Below, in pieces: positions 48,604 to 60,302 of a stretch of DNA of 64,000 bases. This DNA is from Cyanophora paradoxa CCMP329 (lineage: Eukaryota; Plantae; Glaucophyta), in contig QPMI01000484.1 in assembly GCA_004431415.1 (NCBI GenBank), positions 202,437-266,436 on the forward strand, written 5' to 3'. Every line of letters begins with the position of its first letter. Position 1 is the first letter of the stretch. Position numbers and translations under genes: made by a program. Under the pieces are notes generated by a model. The model was not told where the DNA came from, made no database searches, and was given only the letters and a program-made list of their open reading frames with translations.

Positions 48604-48807
48604 CGACCCTACAATTGGGCAACGTATTAAATATCGGAGAAAATAAAAGGGAATGAGGGCTTTACTTGCTCGTGTGTTCCCATACGAGTTGGTCGACCTT
48701 ATAATGCTGTTTATGGAGCCGACATGCCCGTTTTGCAATGGCATTCATATTAAGACACGCTCTAAATACGGGCGGGTTCAGCTTTGCCTTGCGGATATTC
48801 ACAGCCA

Positions 48808-49491
48808 TTAGCGGATATGGCGTTTACCACCAAGCATTGCGGCATAATTTACGGGTGCAGTCGGCACTATGTGAGCATATTGCGGGGCGACCGATTGCTG
48901 ACGAGTTACGGCTTGCGCATCTGTCTTGTCCTCCTTTTTAATCTCCTCTACGTCGACCTTTTGCTTTAATCCGAGTTTCGAGATCTCTTTCTTTACGAGC
49001 CCCTTTAATTTCTTGCGTTCGTTATAATCTTGCATCCATTTCTCGTAGTTTGACACTTTCATTTCAAGATCTCGCACTTTCTCTTCGAAGCTCATGACAA
49101 CGTCGACTGGAACAGTGTGTTTTTGATAGGATCCGCGCTTTTTAAGCTCGGTTTCGGCGGCTTTCGGGACGTCTTGTGTCTTGTGCTGGCTTGCAACAAC
49201 TTGCGCTTTGAGTACTTTGTCGGTTGCTTCATCAACAGAGCCGCCTCCAATCTGTGGTTTTACAGTAGCTAAATCCTCCATTTGGCGTTTACCGCTATCT
49301 TGGTTTCCCTTGTCCGCGGTGGCACTCGCAATAATTGCCTCTTGCTTGGCAACCTCCTCTGGCGAAGTGTCTACAAGATATTCGGGCATTTCGAGACCGC
49401 CACCCGACGTTAATCCAGACTCTTCAAGCCCGCGATTAGGATTACCAGAAGCGACCGCTTGTAGGGTTTGAGGCTTCTTTCGGTAGACCAT
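48808..49491 (-). CDS. Hypothetical viral protein with coiled coil
   Basis: 227-aa ORF starting 2 nt after the ATPase stop codon. Confidence 0.6.
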   Translation of the reverse strand: MVYRKKPQTLQAVASGNPNRGLEESGLTSGGGLEMPEYLVDTSPEEVAKQEAIIASATADKGNQDSGKRQMEDLATVKPQIGGGSVDEATDKVLKAQVVASQHKTQDVPKAAETELKKRGSYQKHTVPVDVVMSFEEKVRDLEMKVSNYEKWMQDYNERKKLKGLVKKEISKLGLKQKVDVEEIKKEDKTDAQAVTRQQSVAPQYAHIVPTAPVNYAAMLGGKRHIR

Positions 49492-49493
49492 GA

Positions 49494-50360
49494 TTATCTT
49501 CTCTTACATTTGATTAACATTTTCTTTTTCTTAGGCGAAATTTGGGAAAGTTTGGGGATACCTTCAAGCTCACGCTCAAATTTGGATAAAGTTTTACAGA
49601 CAGTTGTCGAATCTTTGACAGGCGGCGGTTTTGTAGCTTGCTCCTCTTGTTGTTTGCGCTTCTTTTCTTCAAAAGCCGCCCGCTTGTGGAATTTCGTAAA
49701 CGGATGGTCATCGATCATATCGGCTTTTTCGACCCACCATCGCACAGAATACCCGGTATTATCGTGAATGATCGCTTGGTAGCTATGACAGAATTCTTGG
49801 AACATGCGCTTAAAACTCTCTTTATCCATGTTCCCGAACTCTTCGTGATATGCTTCAAACTCTCGCATGTTTGACCAGCTTAGGAATATGATATACTCCG
49901 CATTGCTGCGAATGATCGTTGAAAGTTTTGTTAGTTTCTGCGATATTAAAGCCACGGAACAAAACGTATGACGACCTTGCGCCATCAATTTATTTAGCAA
50001 ATGATCGCGCGAAAGATCGATAGTTCCGGACTCCAAACAATCGTCGAGTACGATGAGAATATTCTTTGGTTTCTTTCCAGCGATGATAGCTTTCTTGCGG
50101 GCTTCTATGATCGACTCTACATATTCCGGTTTCCAGGTATCATGCACTTCGTCTGTTATTTGACCCCAGAAACCGTTAAAACTCGTAGGACAGAAAACCA
50201 GAACATACGAGATCTGGTCTTCGAGTTCTTTGATCAGCCACTTTAAGAATACCGATTTACCACAATTGGTTTTCGCCAATAGGATAAATCGTGCGGGAAG
50301 TTTCACCCTCTGTTTCGGGTTCCATTCTTCGAGATCCATGGGCGTCGTCCCTTTTTGCAT
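49494..50360 (-). CDS. A32-like (FtsK/HerA superfamily) genome-packaging ATPase
   Basis: Walker A AKTNCGKS, Walker B LIVLDDC, QGRH...ISQ, IRSNAEY. Start inferred at ATG 50360. Confidence 0.92.
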   Translation of the reverse strand: MQKGTTPMDLEEWNPKQRVKLPARFILLAKTNCGKSVFLKWLIKELEDQISYVLVFCPTSFNGFWGQITDEVHDTWKPEYVESIIEARKKAIIAGKKPKNILIVLDDCLESGTIDLSRDHLLNKLMAQGRHTFCSVALISQKLTKLSTIIRSNAEYIIFLSWSNMREFEAYHEEFGNMDKESFKRMFQEFCHSYQAIIHDNTGYSVRWWVEKADMIDDHPFTKFHKRAAFEEKKRKQQEEQATKPPPVKDSTTVCKTLSKFERELEGIPKLSQISPKKKKMLIKCKRR

Positions 50361-50418
50361 TCTTTCACTATAAAAACAATAGAAAAATAAGACTGAATGT
50401 GGTAATCGCACGAATTCC

Positions 50419-51732
50419 TTAGCTACTCACACGACGGATACCGTCGGCACCAATTATCATTATGTTATGAGCGAGGGCAATGCACTGAATTTGCATCTTC
50501 TGATAAGCGGCACCCGCATACCATTCTGATGAACCTTCGGCTGCCGTTGTGACACCGTTGAATTCGAAGACCAGATCGAACGCCGATGTGCCTGTGGCAT
50601 CGATGTAGCCCGTATTCTCTTGGTTGAGAAGCGACGCCTTTCCGTTTCCAGCACCGAAGTAAATGCCAGTGAGAGCGGGGTAGCTTGTGCTCTCGGTAAA
50701 GATCGCCGAATTATATTTCTCTTGAAGTTCGGTCGCGGCAATCATGAGAGGAAGCGAAGTATTCGAGTAAAGGCGGTTATTGTTGAGTTCCACATAGAAG
50801 CTTACAGCGTTGGTTCTGAGTGCACGAGGAGCCAGAACCGAGAGAGTTCCGTTGTTCACCTTTGTCTTCGCGTTTTGGCGCACAGAGAATACGAGAGTGT
50901 GGATGAGACCCGCACCTGTGAGTTGCGAGAGATTGACTCGCGAACCGGAGGCGGTCGGCTGGAAATCTGTGTGGAGGAAACCGATTTCGTTGTAGGGGAT
51001 CGCGATACCAGTCGATTTTACACGGGCAATGGTCTCAGATACAACCGCCTCATCGGCATTTACGACCTTGCAGATAACGCGGGGTTTCAGCACTTGAAGG
51101 GAAGCGCCATTGTTGGTAACCGAAATATTGCCAACATTGTTTACATCCTCAATGATACCATCACCAATCGCCTTGAATTCGATTTCGACCACGATCTCAG
51201 AGTTCAGAGCGCAAAGTGGGAACATCGCCTTCTCGAAAGGAGAGGGTAAATCGATTTCGTAGGTTCCACCGACAGTGTTACCAGCGGTTCCGACAAGACC
51301 ACCCACATAGCGAAGTTTTTTATCGAGTTCGCCCTGTTCGGTCATCAGTAGAAAATACTGGGTGACGAAATCCTCTGGGACAACGTAGCGGAATGAAGCG
51401 TGAGAGATTTCGATGCGCTTAATTAGCGATCCAATAACGCGAAGGTAGCCAGTAGTTCCAGCGACACCATTCGTGAGATCAGTGAGGGTGATCGGGTTAA
51501 GATCGAGTTGCAGCGCGAGACCATTCAGGAAATGGTAGCGGGGGATTTTGAAGACAACTCGGTTGCCGAGAGCGCTGGGTGGCTCAGTGTCGGGGGCGAC
51601 CAGAACTCGAAGTGGCTTAGTGCCAGAGGACGTTCCAATGACCAGCGACTTGTTTAGGAAATAATCCTTGTAGTCATCGGTGGTGAGCATAGATTTCAGC
51701 GTTGGGCGCTGGAATTGGCTGTTAGTCTCCAT
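50419..51732 (-). CDS. Double-jelly-roll major capsid protein
   Basis: About 437 aa, beta-rich. VFKIPRYHFL, SLIKRIEI and FPLCALNSEIVVEIEF resemble conserved Varidnaviria MCP segments. Lies between the ATPase and the penton-like genes. Confidence 0.8.
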   Translation of the reverse strand: METNSQFQRPTLKSMLTTDDYKDYFLNKSLVIGTSSGTKPLRVLVAPDTEPPSALGNRVVFKIPRYHFLNGLALQLDLNPITLTDLTNGVAGTTGYLRVIGSLIKRIEISHASFRYVVPEDFVTQYFLLMTEQGELDKKLRYVGGLVGTAGNTVGGTYEIDLPSPFEKAMFPLCALNSEIVVEIEFKAIGDGIIEDVNNVGNISVTNNGASLQVLKPRVICKVVNADEAVVSETIARVKSTGIAIPYNEIGFLHTDFQPTASGSRVNLSQLTGAGLIHTLVFSVRQNAKTKVNNGTLSVLAPRALRTNAVSFYVELNNNRLYSNTSLPLMIAATELQEKYNSAIFTESTSYPALTGIYFGAGNGKASLLNQENTGYIDATGTSAFDLVFEFNGVTTAAEGSSEWYAGAAYQKMQIQCIALAHNIMIIGADGIRRVSS

Positions 51733-51779
51733 GAGCGTTTCTTCTCTTATCTTTGGGATCAGAAAATAATTTACAGGGC

Positions 51780-52706
51780 TCAATAGAAATTCATTTCGGG
51801 CGGTGCGTCGTAGGTTTCGATTTCAAAAGTGAAATAATGCGCCCAAACCCCGAAATCTAAGAGAGCGCCATCATGGTCGATGAGTTTAATCGTGAGGCGG
51901 TCGAAAGATTTTAATTCGCGGAATTCACGAATGAGAGGCACAGTAGTGGACGTGTCGAAGTGGTAGATATCACCATGTTCGAGTTCCTGTGGGATTGGAA
52001 TGCGCATGAAATAACCGTCGACGTGCTTGTTGACTGAGCGAATAAACGGCGCGAATTCGTCAATATATAGCCAGATCATTGCAGCCGGGGTCTCATCTCC
52101 ACGAGTATAGCCGCGAATGCGTCGATTAAGTGTCACAGTCCCCGATCCAGGATTGAATACAAGGAATGTATCGCTTGCAAGAGGGGTAAATGTCTCGTAA
52201 ACATATAGCTGAATATCTTTGAAACCGAATATTGCGAGTTTCTTAGCGATTGCTTTGCGATTACTGGATTTTCTGAGTGTTTCAGGGGAAGCTTTGGAGA
52301 ACTTGAACCAAAAGTTACTATCACTGAAAAACTCATAGATCTTTGAAGTAGTATTATAGCGGCATTTAATATATTTTCCACCGAAATCTGAAAGGCGAGC
52401 TGCTTCGAGTCTTTCTGTGACTTTTGCGGCAAGGTCGTCTTTGGTGTAAAATCCTTTGGGGATTGTGATGGTCACGAATCCGGAATCCGAAGCTGTGACC
52501 GAGAAATAGAGTTCCATGCGCTCGATGGTTGCACCAGTGGCGTCTATATCATTTGTCACGGTCGAAAGAACATTGGGAACCGTTGCCTGCACCAGGCGCA
52601 CCGATTTTACGTTGTCATAGCGACGAGGTAATGTCACTACATACTTGTTTGGCTGTGTGAACTCCTCGTCGCGATCATCGCTCGAAAAGCTCAGGTATTC
52701 TTTCAT
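51780..52706 (-). CDS. Minor capsid (penton-like, single jelly roll) protein 1
   Basis: N-terminal SSDDRD...PNKYVVTLPRRYDNVKSVRLVQATVPN, internal ITIPKGFYT, C-terminal FDRLTIKLIDHDGALLDF...FTFEI. Confidence 0.8.
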   Translation of the reverse strand: MKEYLSFSSDDRDEEFTQPNKYVVTLPRRYDNVKSVRLVQATVPNVLSTVTNDIDATGATIERMELYFSVTASDSGFVTITIPKGFYTKDDLAAKVTERLEAARLSDFGGKYIKCRYNTTSKIYEFFSDSNFWFKFSKASPETLRKSSNRKAIAKKLAIFGFKDIQLYVYETFTPLASDTFLVFNPGSGTVTLNRRIRGYTRGDETPAAMIWLYIDEFAPFIRSVNKHVDGYFMRIPIPQELEHGDIYHFDTSTTVPLIREFRELKSFDRLTIKLIDHDGALLDFGVWAHYFTFEIETYDAPPEMNFY

Positions 52707-52722
52707 CTTACTATAATAGATT

Positions 52723-53568
52723 ATGAAAAGAATAACAATAAATTGCGACAGTAGAGACCTTGAAAACGGCGTGCTGTACTTGAAAACGCGCCTGAATAAT
52801 GTGAGGCGATTTCGTGTGCTATCCGCTGAGATTCCCAATAGCTCTTACGTTGTTCCGCCCGATCAGACAATTACTATAACGCTTCTAAACGAAGAGCCCA
52901 CAGTAATCCCCGCATCCAAAATGATAGCACCGATTCCCAGCGTAAACGATTATTATTACGTTGATGCTGATAACGAACGATATCCGAAAGAGAGAGCTTT
53001 AAACAGTGATGCTTTACTCGGATTTGCGGGCGGTTCTTTTAATCCACTCGGTGTCTTCCCGGTTTCCTATTCTCTCGCTCTGTCCACAAACCGCTTCGTG
53101 TTCTCGTCTCCAAACAGCCCGTTTACATTAGAGTCCTCAGACCAGGAGCTCTGTGATTGTCTCGGCATAGAACCCGGAGTGGTTTACGCCAGCACACCAG
53201 AACCAGTGACGGTTCCACTCAGAGATTACCCGAGTCGCTACGCGATTATATGCCCGAAAATGGTCGACTTTAATGCGATTCCATATATTTACCTTGACAT
53301 CGAAGAGCTCCGCCCGTTTACCAAATTCGCAGCGGTTACTGGGAGACTGAACAATGTCGACGACTCCTATCTCTTGCGAATTCAGATGAATTCGGACTTT
53401 GGTAGATATTCCTTTTACCACGAACCGAGCGCAAGCATCCCTTTCGTAAATGTCACATCGCAACTCGATTTAGATCGCCTCACAATATCGCTTCGAAAAT
53501 GGAGGGGCTCTGTTGCGGATATAAACGGTCTCTCATTCTCGTTCCAGCTGGAAGTTATCACGGATTAA
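52723..53568 (+). CDS. Minor capsid (penton-like) protein 2
   Basis: DSRD...NNVRRFRVLSAEIPN, PYIYLDIEEL, LDRLTISLRKWRGSVADINGLSFSFQLEV; paralogue of protein 1. Confidence 0.8.
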   Translation: MKRITINCDSRDLENGVLYLKTRLNNVRRFRVLSAEIPNSSYVVPPDQTITITLLNEEPTVIPASKMIAPIPSVNDYYYVDADNERYPKERALNSDALLGFAGGSFNPLGVFPVSYSLALSTNRFVFSSPNSPFTLESSDQELCDCLGIEPGVVYASTPEPVTVPLRDYPSRYAIICPKMVDFNAIPYIYLDIEELRPFTKFAAVTGRLNNVDDSYLLRIQMNSDFGRYSFYHEPSASIPFVNVTSQLDLDRLTISLRKWRGSVADINGLSFSFQLEVITD

Positions 53569-53574
53569 GCGCTG

Positions 53575-55046
53575 TCACACATAGTAGCCCTCGAAATCAA
53601 TTCGGCATGCCGAAGCTACGTTTGTCGAGAGCACCCAGATTACGAGGGTTCTCACAGATCTCGGGTTCGCTAAGAAATGTTCGTCGGGATCCGCACTTCC
53701 GGCTATTTGATTCGCATTGGTAAACACTCTCGTCGCGCCGGCTTCTGTGTATGTAACAAGCGCAGAAACTCCGGGAGTAAGCTGGTAATCGATCTCAAAC
53801 GTTTTAATGTAGTTTCCATTCGCAGCCGGCTTCATTTTTATAGAGGAAAGCATAAACAGACGCGGAAAATCGATGCGTAAATAATTGCCTCCCGACCTAC
53901 TACCTTGCGGCGGGTTAGTAAAGCCCACCCACCCCGTGGCATTCGACCAGCGGGCATTGGAGGCTGTGCCGAATTCCGCAATAAAGGCGCTATTATCGAG
54001 CGGCACCCAGTTAGACTCCGGGGGTGCGCTTACATCTGTGCACCCGGACAGATTAATTATGGGAACATCGCCCTCTGAGATATTCATGGTCAGCACTGAA
54101 TACATCGCATTAAAATACGTTTGCTGTGCGGAAACAAAGGCGAGCGCTTCCGTTTCCAAATATTGCAGGTGACTCGTTGTGATAGTATCGAGGGTCATTT
54201 TATCTTTCGGTAAAGGAACGCTCAGCTTATAGTAGCGATCGTAATTCTGATCATCGTTTCTGGGTAAAAGTTCCAGTAGCTTTACGTGGGCGTTTAGATC
54301 GCTCGACTCTAAGAACATGCTGAGAATTGGCGATCCTGTCGCGCTTAGCATCCATTGCACGATCCCCCAATTTTTCATAGTGTCGTACGAATATCCAGCT
54401 GTCGCCTTATCAGAGTCTTGGACGTGACCCGCCGTAATCGAAACCACGATAAGCTCCTCCTCGCATGAGTTTCCGAATAAAGTGCGGGCGAACGTGTAGC
54501 CACAGATCCCGGGCGAATTATTTCCGCTCATGCAACCATCGATTAAACAATATGTTCTCCCGGCGACTGTGACTTGTTTCGGCTCGAAATAGGTCGGAGC
54601 AGCCGAGGTAGCCCTTGCAGCATCGCGCACAAGCATCCCATTAATATCTTCATCGTTGCTTGAAATAAAAACGGGGGACATTAAGACCGTGTCGAACGCA
54701 GTCACGATGGTGGGTTTATAGAGATCCGCCATGGTGCCACCGCTTCTAAGTTAGTTGCTTCGTACTTTGGGCGCTGTACAATCGATGTAAGCACTCGTGG
54801 ATTTGCGAAAATCAGCGGTAGCTTCGCTTTGTAGAGCGCCAGAATATCAGTAGCAGTATATTTAGGGGCGCCATCGGTTCCCTTGATATTCAATAGGAGC
54901 GCGATTAATCCACCTGTGGATGTTCCCGCAAAGCAGTCGAATAGCTGTTGGATTCGTTTACCTGTTTGTGCTTCAATCTGTGCCAGTATAGCAGCCTCGA
55001 TTATTCCGCGCGACCCCCCTCCACTCAAAGCGAGAACGGTCTTCAT
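53575..55046 (-). CDS. Patatin-like phospholipase fused to a C-terminal discoidin (F5/8 type C)-like domain; frameshift near 54735
   Basis: LSGGGSRG, AGTSTGG (GxSxG), RATSAAPTYF, LIDGC; C-terminal YLRIDF...YIKTFEIDY...NPRSVRTLVIW...RIDFEG. Confidence 0.8.
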
Positions 55047-55089
55047 TATCGTATATACTTCTTATATATCTTCTTTGTTTATAAAGAGG

Positions 55090-58000
55090 ATGTCGTTCCT
55101 GAATCCGAGACCCGATGCACGAGTAATTAATTCGACCACGCAGATAGAGGACACTGACCAGGTAAACACCGAAATTCGTGGGTCTATCAGAATAAATTAC
55201 AATGCAGACCGCGAAGATCCAGTCAGTGGAACACCGAGCAGACCCGCAGCTTTGCAGTTAATGAACGTCGAGAAGGGGGATCATAAACTTGGAATCGACT
55301 TTTTACTTGATGATAACGAGCGAAACAGAGTTGCCAGCATCCAGGCGACTCGGCAGTTACCGAAAACGGTGCGCTATAATCGCAGGAACATTCCCAAAGC
55401 ATTCGACAAGGGTCGCTTAAACTTCTTTATCCAAGATGAAAGCGGTTTCCAAAATGCAGCTATGAGAATCGTGGATAATAGCACGCTTATAGCCGGGGTT
55501 TCAAACAGACAGACAAAGGTAGAAATTGTTCACGGTTTATCTACAAGTAATTTGACAGCAAGTAACATTACCACGAATACCCTAAACGTAAACTCGCTTA
55601 ACTCTGAGTCGTTTTTCGCCACTAATGTCGCTACATGCAATCTAACCCTTGATTCATTTATAATTCAGAAGAGCAACACTGTTCCCCAAATCACAGAGGG
55701 CGTTTTTACAGTAGATCCCGCGAAACCAGTGTTAGAGATCCTCGAAAACGGGAGCGTTGTAAATATAATTGGTGCCAATGCCCCGAATGTGCGATCCATA
55801 GCTCTTGATAAAACGACTATCTCGTTTGCTGAGGAAGTTCCGACATTTACCACAGAGAAACAAGCACTGAGAACCGATCACGTTCACATTACCAGACAAA
55901 ATGTAAACGATCTTTTGGGCAAGGACATTGTAAAGGCGTTTTTGGAGTTCGAGAGGAACAAGAACACCAAAGATTCCAGCCAGGATGGAACCCTCACGAC
56001 TCACACAACCGAAATAGCCGCAATACAATCGGAGATTAATGCACTGTTTGCAGCAGATGGAGCGCTTGCAATTACCTTAGCCCATATTCTATCGAAAAGG
56101 AACATTTACCCCGCGACTGATAACACATACCGAGTTGGTTTATCGAATCTGAGATGGTCAGAGGTGCATGGAGTTTCCATGTTTGCCTCCAATTTAATCC
56201 TTCCATTAAATCACTCACTCCGACCTAATCAGATTCTTACCAATGGTAATGCACTGATCAGCTACACCGACTATAATAGTAACCTTTCCCGCTCGGTTTC
56301 GCAAACTGAGACCTACACTGTCGAGGGATACCCTCAGCAGCTCGCAAATGGGGTCTATGTCGCTTACGTAGGCAAACCTACATATACATTCACTTGGGAT
56401 CAGTTGGTGTCACAGGTTTCGAGACGAATATACCCACTGTTTCATTGGTGGATCACACTACTTATTATAATCCTATCTATAACAATAATGAATCTAATAA
56501 AGCATTTATCCAAAATGTCACCTCCACAGGGTTTCAGGTTTCGTTTGTCATTAACGAGACATACAATTTACTTATCATCCGAAACAACTCATTGAGTTCC
56601 GAAGCTACTATTAGTTTCACTCTTAACATCAATTATATCACCCCTGAATTCGATAGCAAACCCAGAGTGAAGGTTTACCGAGATTTACAAGGTAGCAATA
56701 TCGTGCCCTTCTCACAGAATTTCGATCTTGGGGCGAATTCTTTGAGGTGGAACACAGTTTATACTTTGAATGCAAACACCTGTAATATTGTGGTCGCAGG
56801 GTCATCGGCTACTATTGGAGATCTGACCGCCCCTTTCAAAAAGGAGTATCTTAAAGAGCTGTATATTACAAAGTCTGATTTACCAGATGCTATTTCGTTG
56901 GTGCTCTCCCCGACTCCCAGTATATCCTATCACAATGTGAAAGACACCAGTAATGTAGTGCAGAGGGGAAGCAAAGTATTCCAGGCATCCGAGATATCAG
57001 CAACAACATATAGATACCTTGCAGCGGTTCCAGCGAATTTTAATTTCACATTTGAGACACCATTTGTTTCCCCTCCTACTATTGAAATAACTGACACGAA
57101 TTTGTATGTGATCAATAATGGGTCGACCACCTCTATTAACAATGCACCAGCCGGCTACTCCCCATTTGTTGCAACTAACATAACAACCACCGGCTTCACA
57201 CTTGTCGGAAATGCAACAGTGACATATGCTCTTACAGCATATCCTGTTGGGTTGTATTTTGCGAAATTTAATCTTTCAGCGATCCCACCTGTGTCCCTTT
57301 CTCCTCCCTTTACTATCAATTGGAAGGCAACAGGAACTATTCCGCGATTTGACCCCGAAGACCGCTTGAAAATAAGGTATCCTCTCGATGTGACCGACCT
57401 CCATACTACGAGAATAAATGGGCAGAATTTCGTATTTAATGGAACCAATGCGACTCTGATCAATAACAGTGTCACAAATAATTACTTTTTCGATTCTCGA
57501 TATATTAATACTTGCAATATTGTCATACAAAACACGTTTGAGAATCGAAGTAAGACCTTAACAGTCACCTTGCCCACTCACTCGAATGTCTCAGATGGAT
57601 TTCACTATTACCTGTTCAATCGCAATTACACCTCTTATATTCCATATCCTTCTGAGACTGTGGATATGAGCTATCCCAGAGTCACCCTAACATCGACCAA
57701 TGCTGACTTCTTTGGATCCACGGACTTTATGACCTTCTTTGCTTTCACATCCTCTACTGATGGGCTCTTAGTTTATTACACTTTCAGGTATGATGCTGTT
57801 TGGACTCAGCTTGACAGCCACCCAAATACAGATGTAATCGAAGTGGGCGATAAGAAATATATTAAAACCGCTTCCCCATGGGTGTGCACTGTCCGGCTCG
57901 ATGATAGATACACTCCCAACCTAAATAGCATCGGAATGCACTCGACTTGCAATATTTATGTGCAAGGTGCAATTTCGGCTACCAAATATTTCGAGGGTGG

Positions 58001-58793
58001 GAACTGTGATGCAGCCCATAGGTTGCTATCGAGAAATGGGCTCTTTGAGTCATTTAGTGGGACAGCTCTACCGCCATTTATCAGGGACACAGTCTATGAT
58101 ACTACATGCAATATTTGGGTGTGCCGATCTGTGAGCAATCCACCTGTGACAAAGGAATTATATAAATATCTCTCAGATACCTATGTGCAATTACAGGGTC
58201 TTCAACAGGAAATCCAGCAACGGCTCCCATCGTGTTTGCGAATGCATACACAGCGCCGACATCATTAGCAGGGTCGACAGAACCGCCACCAAACGATCCA
58301 ATCCAAACACACCTAAGCCAGATCCCGATTCAAAAGATCCCCCTACAACTGATCCAGATCCGAACACGACACCTAATAATCCCTCAAATCCTACAAATCC
58401 AGTCGGATCGCCAGGAATGGATCCAGGAACGTTAGTGCTTCTCATTCTCTTGCCGATTCTCGGTGCTCTTGGACTTGTGCTTGCATACAAATTCCGAGCT
58501 CTATGTTGTGCTTGCATAGACAGAACCATTGCAGGAGCAGGTAATAAATACTCAACACCAGAGCTTAATGTGACCCAAACAGCCGAAGGAGATGTGGGGT
58601 TAGAGGTGAGGTCAGCCGAGGGGCATGGTCTTAGTGTTGTGAGAACTGATCAACCACCAGCAAGTAGGGCAGCACCCAAAAATCACGAGCAGAACGAATG
58701 GCTGAATCAATAATGAATGAAAATGCAGACTTTATGGCGGAAATTGCACAACGAGAGGGCAGAACATACGAGCTTCTCCCAATGCGACCTTAA
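55090..58793 (+). CDS. Large fibre/adhesin-like protein (about 1200 aa if rejoined) with C-terminal Pro-rich stalk and transmembrane helix; about four -1 frameshifts
   Basis: Tail-fibre-like repeats YPATDNTYRVGLSNLRWSEVH and VPFSQNFDLGANSLRWNTVY; H-type-lectin-like FETPFVSPPTIEIT..NITTTGFT..INWKATG; TM segment LVLLILLPILGALGLVLAY. Frames rejoin with single-base additions near 56395, 58200, 58300 and 58680. Confidence 0.6.
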
Positions 58794-58822
58794 TTTTTGT
58801 AGAATGCCATAATAGAGAAATA

Positions 58823-60281
58823 ATGACGGAACCCATAGTAGAAACGACAGTAAAGAATGCGGTATTGGATAATCAATTTTATATAACCCATGCCAATATA
58901 CCCAGTGAATCCAATGACCTAATTGTTAATCTAAAAGGCTATGTGATGGGAGCTATGGCTTCTAACCTATGGAATGACATTTTCGGTTACGAGTTTGGTC
59001 ACATCTATGACATTGCAAATGGGATTGGCTATGTGGATGCAATGGCAGGCACAGCTTTTCGCAATTTAAATTGCAACTGTGTGGGTGGGTGGATGTTTCA
59101 GATCTGTTCAAATGTCGATCCTACTATTGATCCCGCCACGATTACTTTTGATTGCAATCTGTATGCCCCAAAACCATTTTTTCTATCACTTGCAATCTCG
59201 TTAATTCGGATGTGCCCATAGTAGCACCTGTAATAGGTGCATCAAATATGTATATCCAAAGAAATCCGGTCGTGCATACAGGCGCCGAATTTATATTAGG
59301 CGACAACACCCCAATTAGTCGACTCGAATTGCCCACGAATTTCACCTTTAATCTCGTGGATGAGTTCCCTAACAGTCAAAGTCTTATGTATTTCACCTCT
59401 GAAAATCGCCTTTCGGGTGCATTCTCACCCATTGAGCTGTCTATACCGAAGCAAAAGGTGAGCTATAAGGAGCTTACAGATGTGCCGGCGGGTTTTAGTG
59501 GGAAGTGGAGTGATATCATTCAGAAGCCGACTTGGAGTAGTGTAGCATACACAGGAAATTACTATGATCTTGTAAATCCTCCCGATTTCACAAGCTATAT
59601 ACCTCGTTGGATTGATCAAGGTGTAATTATATCAGAATCTACACTCCCTTTCAATGGGACATGGGATAGGTTATTTACTAAGCCGAATTTGCATGCTGTT
59701 GCCACAAGTGGTGATTACAACGATTTAACTAACACCCCTATTGCACCGACCTTGCATGCTGTGGCTACAAGTGGGAGCTATACAGATTTAGTTAATACAC
59801 CAAACTTGCATGCTGTGGCTACAAGCGGGAACTATGACGATTTAATTAACACACCCACTTCGCACCTACTCACAATCACAGCATCGAGTTGCTCACGAAT
59901 TTCGGTAGTTATGTGAATCCAAATGCATATGTGCAACAAGGGACAATGGATGTAGTAATTCCTGCCGGAGTCTATTACAAGGGGATTTACCACAGTATCG
60001 GGAACCGTTACATTCTCAACCCCATTTTTTAGTGATCCTGTAATTACTGCTACTCTCGAAAACAGTATTATTTTAACAAGTGTCGATTTCACCAATAGCA
60101 TATATCTCTCTGCTGAATATCAGTTCGGAAATCGCATTGGTTCAAAAATAAATTCACTTGGATTGCGATATTCACTTGTTACTCGGACATCAATTATAAC
60201 AGTGTGATCCAAAGCAATCGCACCCTTAAACTCCATTGGATTGCTGTCGGACCTCTCCAAAACAATAATATTCTCGCTTAA
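58823..60281 (+). CDS. Fibre-like structural protein with LHAVATSGxYxDLxNTP repeats, frameshifted
   Basis: Three near-identical plus one or two degenerate repeats at about 59530-59855; C-terminal SGTVTFSTPFFSDPVIT...LHWIAVG lectin-like module. Confidence 0.6.
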
Positions 60282-60302
60282 TAAGTAAAGAACAATCAAA
60301 AG

